DNA from: a virus
Virus record (IMG/VR): IMGVR_UViG_3300001390_000008
Span: 1-64,000 of that record
Length of the DNA: 64,000 nucleotides
Strand: one strand, 5' to 3'
Within the stretch, counting starts at the first letter, position 1; each line of letters opens with the position of its first letter. The notes beneath the pieces are model-generated. The model saw only the letters and a program-made list of their open reading frames with translations, made no database searches and had not been told where the DNA came from. Of the stretch, positions 30,506 to 40,431 are shown in pieces. Made by a program: the position numbers and the translations under genes.

Positions 30506-31018
30506 TTATTCTCCTATATTTTGTTTTAGATTATTTATAGCTAATTCAAGCCTGTTCATTAATGGTATTGTGCCACACGTTTCATCAACAATATCTGATG
30601 ATAGAAATGGTGTTGCAGCTTCGATTAGCTCATTAACTAGATCAACATATCTGTTATGAGATTCCTGAGCTTTTAGCAATCCAGCATGACTGCAAAGTTT
30701 TTTTAGCCCAGTCTGCTCTGCATCTAAAATCGCATTTGCAAACTGTATGCAAAATTTATCTGCTGCTGGATGATTAAGATGGTGTGCATCATTCAATTTT
30801 GCTATTTCAAGTATTTTTTCTGTATTCATCTTTTCCAATACTCCAATCACATTATCTATCAGTAGGGTAGCGTCGTTTAGCTCTATCAACCCGTCTCCCT
30901 TATCTATTTCTTCCTTGCGGTCTGCATATAGGACATAATCCCCCTCTACACACTCATCCATTGGGGGGGCCCAGAAGCTATTAGACCTGTATCGTTTTAT
31001 ATACCCATCGCCCATCAC
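30506..31018 (-). CDS. hypothetical protein
   Basis: 170 aa, GGAGG RBS, EGDYVLYAD motif. Confidence 0.6.
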   Translation of the reverse strand: MMGDGYIKRYRSNSFWAPPMDECVEGDYVLYADRKEEIDKGDGLIELNDATLLIDNVIGVLEKMNTEKILEIAKLNDAHHLNHPAADKFCIQFANAILDAEQTGLKKLCSHAGLLKAQESHNRYVDLVNELIEAATPFLSSDIVDETCGTIPLMNRLELAINNLKQNIGE

Positions 31019-31187
31019 TTACCTCCTTTGTAGCTAATTTACCCCCATATAATCCACAAAGTAACAATGGCCGCAATTGCTATTACCACTAAAGCGACTA
31101 TTGCAAAATTTTTCTCACTCTGAGAAAGTGTTTCTGCCACTCTTTTTACTGGTTCCTTATTCATTTTAATCCCCTTTTATATAGTTA

Positions 31188-31427
31188 TCAGGCTTTTCCC
31201 GAAGCTACATCGGAAACAAAGCGGTGGCATTCATCATGCACCCCCTCCAATATGGCTATCGCCGCATTTACACTAACCTTTTCATTACTTATAACATCTT
31301 CAATATGCATCATTGCTGTAACACCTGCGTAAAATGCCAATCGCATTTCATTAATTTGTATATCTGCCGCATCTTTAGGCACCACCTGTGCTAAAAACGT
31401 ACTCCATTGTTCCTGTATTGTATTCAT
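31188..31427 (-). CDS. hypothetical phage protein
   Basis: EMRLAFYAG motif. Confidence 0.6.
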   Translation of the reverse strand: MNTIQEQWSTFLAQVVPKDAADIQINEMRLAFYAGVTAMMHIEDVISNEKVSVNAAIAILEGVHDECHRFVSDVASGKA

Positions 31428-31435
31428 TTAAATTA

Positions 31436-31705
31436 TTACTCCTCTGCAATTCCTTCAAATTCAATACACATGTAACGTAATCTTTTTGCATCTTCTCTGG
31501 TCAATATCCAACAATCCCAATGCCCATATTTGCTCTTATAATTAAAGATATATTTAATGCCAACCCATACCCTTTTCCATAAAGGCCGCCACTGGTTTAA
31601 ATAGACCTCTGTATGTAATTCCCCGTCTTCCTTATCCAGCACAAACCGTAACGTATGTTCAGAACTACCACACCGGCACTCAAAATAATGTGTTCCATCT
31701 AGCAT
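31436..31705 (-). CDS. hypothetical phage protein
   Basis: FECRCGSSEH..WKRVW..IKYIF motif. Confidence 0.6.
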   Translation of the reverse strand: MLDGTHYFECRCGSSEHTLRFVLDKEDGELHTEVYLNQWRPLWKRVWVGIKYIFNYKSKYGHWDCWILTREDAKRLRYMCIEFEGIAEE

Positions 31706-31710
31706 CTATT

Positions 31711-32031
31711 TCACCTTTCCCTTTCTTTATATTTGACTATTAAAGCTAGTGCATTTAGGTACTCGCCTTTAACACTAAGCGATTCTTTGTTGTAGTACGA
31801 GGAGGCCCCCATTACATTTGTTATGTAGGACAGGCTATATACTAGTTCGTTAATACTACCACGATGTTTTTTTACTTTTTCATTAAGTCTACCTTTATCC
31901 CTTACTAATTCCCTGTAATCATCGCATAATAGCCCATAGTCTGTTTTCATATTCTGTATTGTCCTAAGTAACCGGGTAATACGCTTCTCTTTATCTCTTA
32001 TTTCAATAAGTGCCTTATCGTATTCAAGCAT
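31711..32031 (-). CDS. hypothetical coiled-coil protein
   Basis: 106 aa, GAGG RBS. Confidence 0.55.
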   Translation of the reverse strand: MLEYDKALIEIRDKEKRITRLLRTIQNMKTDYGLLCDDYRELVRDKGRLNEKVKKHRGSINELVYSLSYITNVMGASSYYNKESLSVKGEYLNALALIVKYKERER

Positions 32032-32191
32032 GATATTTAATTCCTCTTAGTTGTTTCATACCAATCTCCTGCTAAAAGTGGCGGGTTAGGGTAGAATCGA
32101 ACTACCTTTTTAATCCAAATCGGTTCATATATCACCAGTGCTATAGTAGCTTTATACTTGCCTACTAACCCGTGTGTATTTTCCTCGTATC

Positions 32192-32512
32192 TTAGCTGCC
32201 AACAATCTCGTGGGTTCTCTCCCATACAAACTCATCAAGTGGGAAGTGCTTTTCGCATTTAATACAAAATGTTCCACCATAAAATTTAGGATCTCGCGCA
32301 TATGTTTCCGCAATCGAACGAGCCATTTTTGTGACGGCTCCACATTTATTATGAACATAATAAAGTCTTAATGGCCGTACATATCCCTTTGCTCGTTCTT
32401 CTGGGCATAGCACAACATAACCTTTTTGTTGGCCTGTTTTTGAATCAATGTCCCTATGGTCATCTGTCACAGGGCCGCCGTCTGCTAAACAAATTTTTTC
32501 TTTATCGCTCAT
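32192..32512 (-). CDS. hypothetical Zn-binding phage protein
   Basis: GQQKGYVVL..EERAKGYVRPLR..H..CG..AETYARDP..TFC..C. Confidence 0.65.
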   Translation of the reverse strand: MSDKEKICLADGGPVTDDHRDIDSKTGQQKGYVVLCPEERAKGYVRPLRLYYVHNKCGAVTKMARSIAETYARDPKFYGGTFCIKCEKHFPLDEFVWERTHEIVGS

Positions 32513-32729
32513 TTTTTAATTTCCCTTTGTTTTCTCTGCACTCTTTCTGCGCTTTTTCAATAAATGGCTGTAATTTTGCAACAAAATCATACTCAACCAT
32601 TAAATTAACAGTGTTCTCGGTTAGACCGGGGGCTTGTTTATAAACATAGCCAGCATCATCCAGTATCCGTTTGAATATAGGGAGCTTCCAATCATCTATC
32701 ATTACTCCTACTTTTTTACTCATGACCAC
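32502..32729 (-). CDS. hypothetical phage protein
   Basis: IDDWKLPIF motif. Confidence 0.6.
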   Translation of the reverse strand: MVMSKKVGVMIDDWKLPIFKRILDDAGYVYKQAPGLTENTVNLMVEYDFVAKLQPFIEKAQKECRENKGKLKNER

Positions 32730-32953
32730 CCCAAAACGGATAGGGTGGTGTGCTTTATATTTCGCTTTTTCATATCAGTATTTCCTCAACAATAATAAAC
32801 TCAACTCCATGACATTTTAAACATTTCCGCTCCTGTATAAGCGGGGCATCTTTAGGGATATGGTGCATGGTATTCGTCGAACTCCAGCGTTTGTGGGGTA
32901 CTCCTACATTTTCCCATTCATGTGGGCAATCCCAAAGAGGCTGTGGCGTATAA

Positions 32954-33325
32954 CTAATCGTCATTTTTGACCCCAAGTGTATAAGTAATTTTCGCGTATG
33001 CGCGTTCACTTGAATCAGGTACTATCGCTCTGAGATGTTCTTCTTGCCTAACAAACTCTATAAACCTGTTAATATCAAGAAATTCTGACCGCCTATTATC
33101 GTTTCTTACGCTTACCCAGTATAGTATTCCAGCGTACCCGTACCTCCAAAAAAGTTCTGCTACTTCTGGTAGGCACTCATCTGGTACGTACTCACCATCC
33201 GCAAATGCCCAGGCCCACGTATCATTCATATTGAGCGTTTGCTCTGCCTTTGGGTCTTCTTCATCTAGGTAGTAAAACGCTAAAGTTAAAAGCTCTTCTG
33301 CTTCTTTCTGTTTAAACATTGCCAT
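32954..33325 (-). CDS. hypothetical protein
   Basis: 123 aa, LNMNDTWAWAFADGE. Confidence 0.6.
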   Translation of the reverse strand: MAMFKQKEAEELLTLAFYYLDEEDPKAEQTLNMNDTWAWAFADGEYVPDECLPEVAELFWRYGYAGILYWVSVRNDNRRSEFLDINRFIEFVRQEEHLRAIVPDSSERAYAKITYTLGVKNDD

Positions 33326-33377
33326 CTCTAATTACCCCCAATATTCCCCTGAGTTCTCGGATTGTCTCATTCTGCAA

Positions 33378-33629
33378 CTAGTCATCTTTGACCCTATAGG
33401 CATATTCACCATTTTCTGCCCTCATTAGGCCCATGCTTATATCATACCCATCAAGGTTCTTCGGTGGCTTTTCCATACCAATATCCATCCATGTGTTAAG
33501 TAAATAGGCTGCAGAATCAATTCGCATTTGTAAGTACGCCCCATCAGGTAGGTTTTCATCGACCATTTCAAACGAGCCAAGAAAAAAATCTCTATTCCTG
33601 TCCAGCCACTTCAAGTTTTGTTTATTCAT
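33378..33629 (-). CDS. hypothetical protein
   Basis: 83 aa, LPDGAY motif. Confidence 0.55.
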   Translation of the reverse strand: MNKQNLKWLDRNRDFFLGSFEMVDENLPDGAYLQMRIDSAAYLLNTWMDIGMEKPPKNLDGYDISMGLMRAENGEYAYRVKDD

Positions 33630-34159
33630 TTTTCAATTTCCTCCACGAATTTAACTTGTCCTAGGCAACTGGACATAGCTGCTTGTACTGCGTCATCAAG
33701 TGTATTGTAGCTCTCACAAGCAAGATAGTTAGGGTACTTGTTTCTCCAGCATACCTCAGGTTCACATTTCACTCCCTCATCATCCATACCATCGTCAAAT
33801 GATATTAAGTGAGATAAATCCTTAATCTTTGTTACTGGGGCTATTTCATCCCAGCCATTTAGCATCCCAGAAATATCTTCCGTAATAAACTTCCCTTCAA
33901 ACATACCGCGATAGATACACCCAAAATCTTTAAACGGTGAGCCCGCTATTTTAACCAGTACTGGCTCCCCTACATCAGCAGCCCATTCTTCTACTTCCTC
34001 GATGAGGCGGTATCTAAAATTAGCGTTTACATTTTTAGATGTTTTCCGCCTCCACTTTGGCTTTGTTGGCGTCGGGTATGTATCCGCCCATTCAACATAC
34101 TTGCCATCTTCAAGCGCCTGTGCCGTCTCGACAAAGGTTAAATCTGTATATTTTTTCAT
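33626..34159 (-). CDS. hypothetical protein
   Basis: 177 aa, AQALEDGKYVEW...FRYRL motif. Confidence 0.6.
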   Translation of the reverse strand: MKKYTDLTFVETAQALEDGKYVEWADTYPTPTKPKWRRKTSKNVNANFRYRLIEEVEEWAADVGEPVLVKIAGSPFKDFGCIYRGMFEGKFITEDISGMLNGWDEIAPVTKIKDLSHLISFDDGMDDEGVKCEPEVCWRNKYPNYLACESYNTLDDAVQAAMSSCLGQVKFVEEIEK

Positions 34160-34499
34160 GTTATTGCCCCTTCTTGTGTCCCATCATTTAAATTTATCAA
34201 GCAATAGATGGTAACCGCCGTCCTTGGCAGTAAATTAAATTATCAATCCTTGTTTTTAATGGCATCCAAGGTCAATGCTGTGTTCGCCAAATTCAGCGCG
34301 GATTGGCTCAACTGCATAACCTCGTGCGCTTTAAAAGACTTATCAGGATTGTCAATAAGATCGTTTATCTTCTTTATAGTTTCTTCTATATTCATCTGGT
34401 TCTACCTCAGTTAAATGCCACGTTTTTGCTTGTCGTGACTAACAAGTAAATCAAATCTACCTTATGGGATGTGTACTTTTCCTGTCATTGCCCCTTATT

Positions 34500-34709
34500 T
34501 TATGGCTGCTCAACAGCACTATTAATCAAGTCTATTCGTATGGCTATTTTATCACCTGTGGATCTTTCATTATAATCAAGCATTGCATTTACTTTTCCAT
34601 CAACAATAATGCCGCTCGCCCACACATCACAATGATTATCTACACGCATAACAAAGACGCCCTTACGGGGGTGGTCAATCAAATATGTTTTACCGTTTTC
34701 TAGTTTCAT
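34500..34709 (-). CDS. hypothetical protein (paralog of 45610..45846)
   Basis: LENGKTYLIDHPRKG. Confidence 0.6.
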   Translation of the reverse strand: MKLENGKTYLIDHPRKGVFVMRVDNHCDVWASGIIVDGKVNAMLDYNERSTGDKIAIRIDLINSAVEQP

Positions 34710-34903
34710 GTTATTCCCCTTTTCAATAGATCTTTTGCCCCTGCTGCATAACCGGCTTTATATCTTTCTTTACAAGTGCATTCATACTCCCCATCAAGGA
34801 AGTCCTGAAATTTAGCTGCAATTTCTCTAATGGTAGAATTATTGCTAAACCCCATTTCATGCAGTAGCTCTTCCTGTGTCATTGCAGAAATTGGAAGTAT
34901 CAT
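34706..34903 (-). CDS. hypothetical protein
   Basis: 65 aa, ATGA overlap. Confidence 0.5.
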   Translation of the reverse strand: MILPISAMTQEELLHEMGFSNNSTIREIAAKFQDFLDGEYECTCKERYKAGYAAGAKDLLKRGIT

Positions 34904-35185
34904 GTTATTTTCTTCCCTATGTATGTTATATTCTTCGGATTAGTGCACACTAACTAAATAACTCATCGGGCCAATCAATGCTCAGGAAATGAGTTATGTG
35001 TGGTATCCACGTCTTCATTGACACGTGGTCATACCCAAAAACGTCAACCCAATCACCGTTCAGCAAGGTTCCTAAATACAGCAGCTTTCTTCCAGTAGCA
35101 GAGGATTCAACTAATACAAAATAAGTCCCACCTCCCGCCGGTGTTTTACTCACTGGTAATAGGTTGCCAATAATTTCATCACTAT

Positions 35186-35404
35186 TCATCTTGTGTCCCT
35201 CTCTATCAGTACCCCTATGGCGGGTTTCTTGAAATGGCCAACAGGAAATACATCTAGCCTGGTACGACAAAATCCGCACCAGCAAAAACCGACTGCCCCT
35301 GACTCCAGTGGCTCTTTAAGTTCATACGTCTCAAGAAACAAATGGCCACAACTGCATTGTGCTGGGTAAATTACATTCATATTAGTTCCCCCTGCTATAG
35401 CCAA
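35186..35404 (-). CDS. hypothetical Zn-ribbon protein
   Basis: CSCGH and CWCGFC motifs. Confidence 0.5.
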   Translation of the reverse strand: MAIAGGTNMNVIYPAQCSCGHLFLETYELKEPLESGAVGFCWCGFCRTRLDVFPVGHFKKPAIGVLIERDTR

Positions 35405-35415
35405 CTCTTTTTGAG

Positions 35416-35688
35416 TTATACCAAGCGCACCCCATCTTCTGAATACCCATGAACCCAGAGCCTTTCGTTTAAATAATCGCCTTTTCCACTTTCAAGTGTC
35501 AATGAATATAATGGCGTCCCGTCACAATCACGAGTATGCTTTGCTGTGAACAGTCTCACACCATTACTAAGTTCAACCAGTACCCCAAGCCCGTATTTGT
35601 GCGGTGTGGCGTTATTCACCTGCCTATATGTACGACCTTGTTGGTCGTTAGGGTCTTTTAAATCCGCAACATTTATCATTTCAATCAT
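35416..35688 (-). CDS. hypothetical phage protein
   Basis: GVRL...HTRDCDGTPLYSL motif; GGAG RBS. Confidence 0.65.
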   Translation of the reverse strand: MIEMINVADLKDPNDQQGRTYRQVNNATPHKYGLGVLVELSNGVRLFTAKHTRDCDGTPLYSLTLESGKGDYLNERLWVHGYSEDGVRLV

Positions 35689-35830
35689 ATCAATCTCCTT
35701 TAACCTTAACCATTACATTTACAGAAGCACCCCGTGGCCTTAATTCAACGGCTATTAGTGTTTTGCTTTCATGGGGGGCTACCCCATTTATACTTAGCAC
35801 TATGTTACCGCTTCATTGCACCACGGGACG

Positions 35831-35912
35831 GGCCGGAGGCGGGAGTCGAACCCGCTCATTCCAAAACCAGCCCACTCTCGTCAGAGCTGCGTCTATCTTC
35901 CGCCAGTGCTTC
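35831..35912 (-). ncRNA. degenerate tRNA-like element
   Basis: Perfect T-arm GCGGG-TTCGACT-CCCGC and D-arm-like TGGCGGAAGATAGACGC, but no valid anticodon loop or acceptor pairing. Confidence 0.4.
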
Positions 35913-35963
35913 TGTAAATATAATCTTCATATGTCATACCAATCTCCTGTGGTGGTTACTTGC

Positions 35964-36176
35964 TTACGATTCAATATCAAAGCACGTTAAGATAATTCCT
36001 TTACTGCTTTCTGTCATTGCCTCTAATCCTTTAATAATTGACCCCCACTTGCCATTATTAATTTCTCTAACAACTTCAACATGCACTGGTAAATCGTCAT
36101 TTTTTTCAGCTAAATATTGCTTTAGTTCTTTAACTGTAAATCCGTCATTTTCTTTATTCATCATAGTTGGGCACAT
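35964..36176 (-). CDS. hypothetical protein
   Basis: TVKELKQYL..DDLPV motif. Confidence 0.5.
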   Translation of the reverse strand: MCPTMMNKENDGFTVKELKQYLAEKNDDLPVHVEVVREINNGKWGSIIKGLEAMTESSKGIILTCFDIES

Positions 36177-36194
36177 GTTTTAATCCTGTAGTGG

Positions 36195-36416
36195 TTATTT
36201 GCCAGCCCTGTATGGTTTAACCGTATCAACCAGACCATCATATTCATCTGGCAGCAATGTATTTTCATACCCATGTATTTGCGTCTGGTCAATGAAGCCG
36301 ATAGCAGTGGTGATTACCTTATCTTTAGCGGCCATTTCAGCATCTACCTCAGATTTCTGGTAAAACAATCTGCTCTCTTCTGTTAATCCAGCCCCGCCGA
36401 AATATCTTGTTTTCAT
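36195..36416 (-). CDS. hypothetical protein
   Basis: 73 aa, coupled. Confidence 0.55.
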   Translation of the reverse strand: MKTRYFGGAGLTEESRLFYQKSEVDAEMAAKDKVITTAIGFIDQTQIHGYENTLLPDEYDGLVDTVKPYRAGK

Positions 36417-36703
36417 TTCATAACCTCATTAGCCCGTTGTATAATTTCTTTTGTCGCGCCAAGGATTGTGTAATCAGCTATACCAATAAGTGCGTTTACA
36501 TACTCCTGTAATTCCTGTGACATTTCTTTAACCGTGCCTCTTAGATCGCTTATCAGCCTATCACTGGCTGCTATTTCTTCTTTGTGGTCTTTGAATAGGA
36601 CTACAGTTTCTGTTTTTGCGTGGTGATACTTACCATCGCAATCATACACAGTTGCACTATAGTGTTTAATCATTTCACCAGCTCCCTTGTTTCTGCACAC
36701 CAA
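36413..36703 (-). CDS. hypothetical protein
   Basis: 96 aa ORF. Confidence 0.55.
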   Translation of the reverse strand: MVCRNKGAGEMIKHYSATVYDCDGKYHHAKTETVVLFKDHKEEIAASDRLISDLRGTVKEMSQELQEYVNALIGIADYTILGATKEIIQRANEVMK

Positions 36704-37347
36704 TTATCTTCATTATAAGCCTGTGGCAGGCGGCCAGTTCTTTAATTGCTTTTTCGCCCTCTTTAATTCTGCTGGCGGCCCATTCAGGCTCTCGCAGTAT
36801 CATTTGCTGTATGTTGCAATTATTTCCGCCAGAATCAACATATGTGTTGCTCATTTCTCCCCCCTAATAGAGTTTGTTATATTTTGGTTGCACACTGGAT
36901 TTACACCAGTCGGCATTAATATGTTCGTTTCCATCTGGCCCGGATAGCTATCCTGCCTGTACTGGCCAGGTATCGCAATTCTGCGAATTTATATATTTTA
37001 GACCAGTTTCCCGTACCTGCTACCGCGTATAGCAGTTCGGTGCAACCAAAATATAAAATTTCTCATTTCTCCACTTCAATCGGCTCAATATCTACACCAG
37101 ACCTTAACCCAATTGTAAAAAACCTTATCTTTAGTATCGAAAGATGCACATACCGCAGCCCCAAAAACTGCATTAATTATTATATAAAGTAGATATTCCA
37201 TGATTTACTACCCCTATGAATTCTATACCTATAAAATTAGAAATTAAATTCTGGGTGTAGAGTGAATTAGTGCTTTTACTTTTTGTAATTGATTTCAATA
37301 TATGTTTCATCTTTACGCCCCCCTTGAGTCCACTTGATTGATAACCC

Positions 37348-37377
37348 ATTATATATCTTTGTGTCTTATGCTGTCAA
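37348..37377 (-). promoter_or_regulatory. sigma70 promoter
   Basis: TTGACA-N18-TATAAT. Confidence 0.7.
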
Positions 37378-37399
37378 CTATGGTATTCTATATAGACGA
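37372..37399. repeat. direct repeat copy, downstream flank of HNH-2
   Basis: TGTCAACTATGGTATTCTATATAGACGA, 25/28 identical to 37855-37882. Confidence 0.85.
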
Positions 37400-37807
37400 T
37401 TCATATTTTTTTCTACGTGTACACCATTTTTTTCTACTATCGTTATACCATCTGAATATAGTACGTGATGATACCTTACAAGCTTCTGCTGCATCATCTG
37501 TTGTATTATATTCTATCCCATGTATTACCCATATAAATGACGTTGATCTATTGTTAGCTTGTTCTACACTTGTAGACCATTTACAATTATTTAAATTATA
37601 GTTACCATTATTATTTTTCCTATCTAAAGTTTTGCCCTCTGGTTTTTCCCCCATGTCTTCTAAAAAATTTTCAAATTTTTCCCATCTTTTACATACTCGT
37701 ATTCCTCTAGCCCCATAATATTTATTATTAATATTTTTAGTTCTAGTTATCATACTGCTCCATATATTGTATGTACTTGTTCCTGTCATGCGATGTGTTG
37801 TACCCAT
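37388..37807 (-). CDS. free-standing HNH-family endonuclease
   Basis: WSSMITR; YGARGIRVCKRWEKFENFLEDMGEKPEGKTLDRKNNNGNYNLNNCKW; start reassigned to ATG 37807 behind G-rich RBS. Confidence 0.85.
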   Translation of the reverse strand: MGTTHRMTGTSTYNIWSSMITRTKNINNKYYGARGIRVCKRWEKFENFLEDMGEKPEGKTLDRKNNNGNYNLNNCKWSTSVEQANNRSTSFIWVIHGIEYNTTDDAAEACKVSSRTIFRWYNDSRKKWCTRRKKYESSI

Positions 37808-37831
37808 TACTCCCCCCCCTTCGTTTTTATT

Positions 37832-37860
37832 ACTATAATATACCAGTTTATTTATGTCAA
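37832..37860 (-). promoter_or_regulatory. sigma70 promoter of HNH-2
   Basis: TTGACA-N17-TATAGT. Confidence 0.75.
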
Positions 37861-37882
37861 CTATGGTATTATATGTAGATGA
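37855..37882. repeat. direct repeat copy, upstream flank of HNH-2
   Basis: TGTCAACTATGGTATTATATGTAGATGA. Confidence 0.85.
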
Positions 37883-38119
37883 ATTGAAAGTGGCTATGGC
37901 GCGGAGAGTTACTACAGAAAAAATTACAGATTTTTTATGTATGGCTACGCTCAATTTATTGTAATATTATAATATACTTATATGCCAGCATGTAAGCTGA
38001 TCTAAACAATTAATTGCAGCACCCCTAATGCTACTATTAATAAAAATAGATCGTTGATTTTCACTTATTGGCATGCACCTTGCATTATGAAATTATATGC
38101 CAACTTAATAATTAACAAT

Positions 38120-38152
38120 AAAAAAAATGAGCCACCAATTACGGCGGCCCAC
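38120..38152 (-). terminator. rho-independent terminator
   Basis: TGGGCCGCC-GTAATT-GGTGGCTCA followed by a T run. Confidence 0.7.
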
Positions 38153-38230
38153 ATTAAATACTAATTATTACAGCCGTAGAATTTTGGCTGTAATAACCAG
38201 GATAATAATAATCAAGATTACTATATCCAT

Positions 38231-38434
38231 TTAACTATGCACCCACCCAGTCGGATCAATACCACATAATATATTTTCCCACCATACAATGGCCGTATCA
38301 TGTACGCCCACCATCGGGCTTATTGAGCGCCTGAATGCAAGATATGATATGCCCTGCCCCTTATATTCCCATAGATAGAATAGTGCCTTAGATTGTTGCT
38401 TATTCAGTTTCATGCGATGCGCTCCATAGACCAT
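38231..38434 (-). CDS. small early phage protein
   Basis: ISYLAFRR...GIDPTGWVHS; real start probably MKLNKQQ. Confidence 0.55.
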   Translation of the reverse strand: MVYGAHRMKLNKQQSKALFYLWEYKGQGISYLAFRRSISPMVGVHDTAIVWWENILCGIDPTGWVHS

Positions 38435-38619
38435 ACAGGGCTATCGGCGGGCAGCTTATCCATAAAACATAATATATCATCATAATTATGAATGTATGTA
38501 TTACCGCCCATAATATCTCGCAAATATTTATGACGCGAATCGTCCGCGTTTGTTGTATAAACTTGCTGTATATTATTATCATCAAGATAAAATGTACTTA
38601 CATTAGTTTGCTTTTTCAT
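38410..38619 (-). CDS. hypothetical protein
   Basis: 69 aa, AGGGG RBS. Confidence 0.5.
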   Translation of the reverse strand: MKKQTNVSTFYLDDNNIQQVYTTNADDSRHKYLRDIMGGNTYIHNYDDILCFMDKLPADSPVWSMERIA

Positions 38620-39053
38620 TTTTGTTACCCCTGCTTTAATAAAATAACTTACTATATTGTATATCCCTAGGTACGTGGTTTCTCCACCACAACAAAGCTC
38701 TCTTTAGTCAGAGTCTTATCCATAAACATTTTAGAATCCCCGTAGCGAGCGATCCATTTACTACCGCGTTCGATGCTCCATGTTATGCAGTGTACTGCCA
38801 GCGGGTTATCCTTCTCTATTACTTGATATTCCATTTTGTTACCTCACATATTTAATAAGTAGATAAACGGCGGTAACGACTATAATCGCTGAGTATAGAA
38901 TTGATACAAAATCGTGTATTAACATTTTACCCGCCTTATTTAAGATAGCCGTTTTTTATACAATAGATAATTGTACAAATTGCGGCCCCCGTTATTATTA
39001 ATGCAATAATCATTTTAGTTTCCCCTGTTTAAATTATTTACTAGCCATACAGT

Positions 39054-39083
39054 ATTATACCCACATTTTGCAATTAATGTCAA
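39054..39083 (-). promoter_or_regulatory. consensus sigma70 promoter
   Basis: TTGACA-N18-TATAAT, overlapping a 16-bp palindrome. Confidence 0.8.
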
Positions 39084-39106
39084 ACATAATTCTACAGATT
39101 AATTAG

Positions 39107-39321
39107 ATATTTTGAAATCGCTTGCAAAATAGAATATTAGAATATTAGAATTTAATTACATTATTATATTATTATATTAGAACTTAATTACATTATTACA
39201 TTAGAGTTTAATTACATTATAATATTAGAATTTAATTACATTATTATATTAGAATGTTAGAATAGTATTCAGTATACCCTGCGAGCAGTATTCGGTATGC
39301 CCTGCGAACATAACCGGGTGT
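39107..39321. repeat. modular AT-rich repeat locus 1
   Basis: ATATTTTGAAATCGCTTGCAAAAT, tandem TTAGAATTTAATTACATT units, two CCCTGCG-N9-SGGTRT boxes. Confidence 0.8.
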
Positions 39322-39344
39322 CCCCCCATTTATAATTTTGGCGT

Positions 39345-39371
39345 AAAAAAAGCCCACGTATTAGGTGGGCT
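39345..39371 (-). terminator. rho-independent terminator after the radC-like gene
   Basis: AGCCCAC-CTAATAC-GTGGGCT followed by a T run. Confidence 0.8.
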
Positions 39372-39397
39372 AAACAACCATGAGGCAAACTATAAAA

Positions 39398-39880
39398 TTA
39401 TATTAACCCATGCTCAGAAAACGTGTAAGTATCTTCTCCAATGATTATATGATCTATCACCCGCACGTCTATAAGTGCTAGCGCGTCCTTTAGTCTTATA
39501 GTCAGGGCCTTATCCGCTTCTGAAGGTGTACTGATACCGGCTGGATGATTATGCGCCAGTATAACGGCGGCGGCATTATGTTCCAGCGCCCGCTTAACTA
39601 CCTCTCTAGGGTATACACTGGCCCCATCTATTGTACCGTGAAACATAACATCAAAAGATATTACACGGTGGCGGTTATCCATAAACAGCACCGCGAATAC
39701 CTCGGATTCATTGTGCGCTATACATGCCCTTATATAATCCTGCGCATGTTCGGGTGATGTGAGGCCCACAGATTCACGGATAAAATATTCCTGTGCATTG
39801 TCTATTAATATAGTAGCCAATGCGGCGGCCTCATATGTTCCGTTGATTATAAACTTACCGTCTTTTGTTTTGGTTATCAT
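39398..39880 (-). CDS. radC: RadC-like JAB/MPN domain protein
   Basis: [15 protein letters not shown]; [15 protein letters not shown]; AHNHPAG..PSEAD; VRVIDHII. Confidence 0.92.
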   Translation of the reverse strand: MITKTKDGKFIINGTYEAAALATILIDNAQEYFIRESVGLTSPEHAQDYIRACIAHNESEVFAVLFMDNRHRVISFDVMFHGTIDGASVYPREVVKRALEHNAAAVILAHNHPAGISTPSEADKALTIRLKDALALIDVRVIDHIIIGEDTYTFSEHGLI

Positions 39881-39881
39881 T

Positions 39882-40121
39882 TTATTGCCTCGCACTAATC
39901 AGATGCAGGTTAACGCTATCTAGCACCTGTAAGGCTAGTTTATCGTACTTGTGGCCTAGTAGATCATCGGTAACTATAGGTGTACTAGAGGGGCATTGTG
40001 TTAATAATTGTGCCATTATTTCAAGCACATTTATTTTTGACTCAGTAGTCGCGTATTGCCAGTCAATACTTTTTTGCAGATTATCGTATGACTTAGCTGT
40101 TTGGTTGTTTGCGATACTCAT
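39882..40121 (-). CDS. hypothetical protein
   Basis: 79 aa, GAGG RBS. Confidence 0.55.
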   Translation of the reverse strand: MSIANNQTAKSYDNLQKSIDWQYATTESKINVLEIMAQLLTQCPSSTPIVTDDLLGHKYDKLALQVLDSVNLHLISARQ

Positions 40122-40431
40122 TTTATTGCCTCGTTTATATATTTATATTTATATTTTGAAATTATACACTAACATATTTTGAAATTGATTACAAACATTT
40201 ATTTAATGACAATATTTACCGCCCATATTCCGCCTGTATTCCCATATCTTTATTTTCTGCTTTCCGCATTCATTCGGCGGGACACAACCTAACTTCCCCT
40301 CATAATCTGTTCCTTTGTTTTTTAAAGTTTCTGTAAGTATTAATTTACCCTTGCGGTATATTTTATGTATACATTTACTCACGTAGTCCCCCTTGATTTT
40401 AATTAGCTAAGATGTAGTATTTATTTGTTCT

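Noticed and set aside
34437-34510. Another attC (GACTAAC-AAGTA-AATCAA...CCCCTTATT)
   Set aside because: Left end resembles R''/L'', but the arms do not pair and there is no GTT core at the right end
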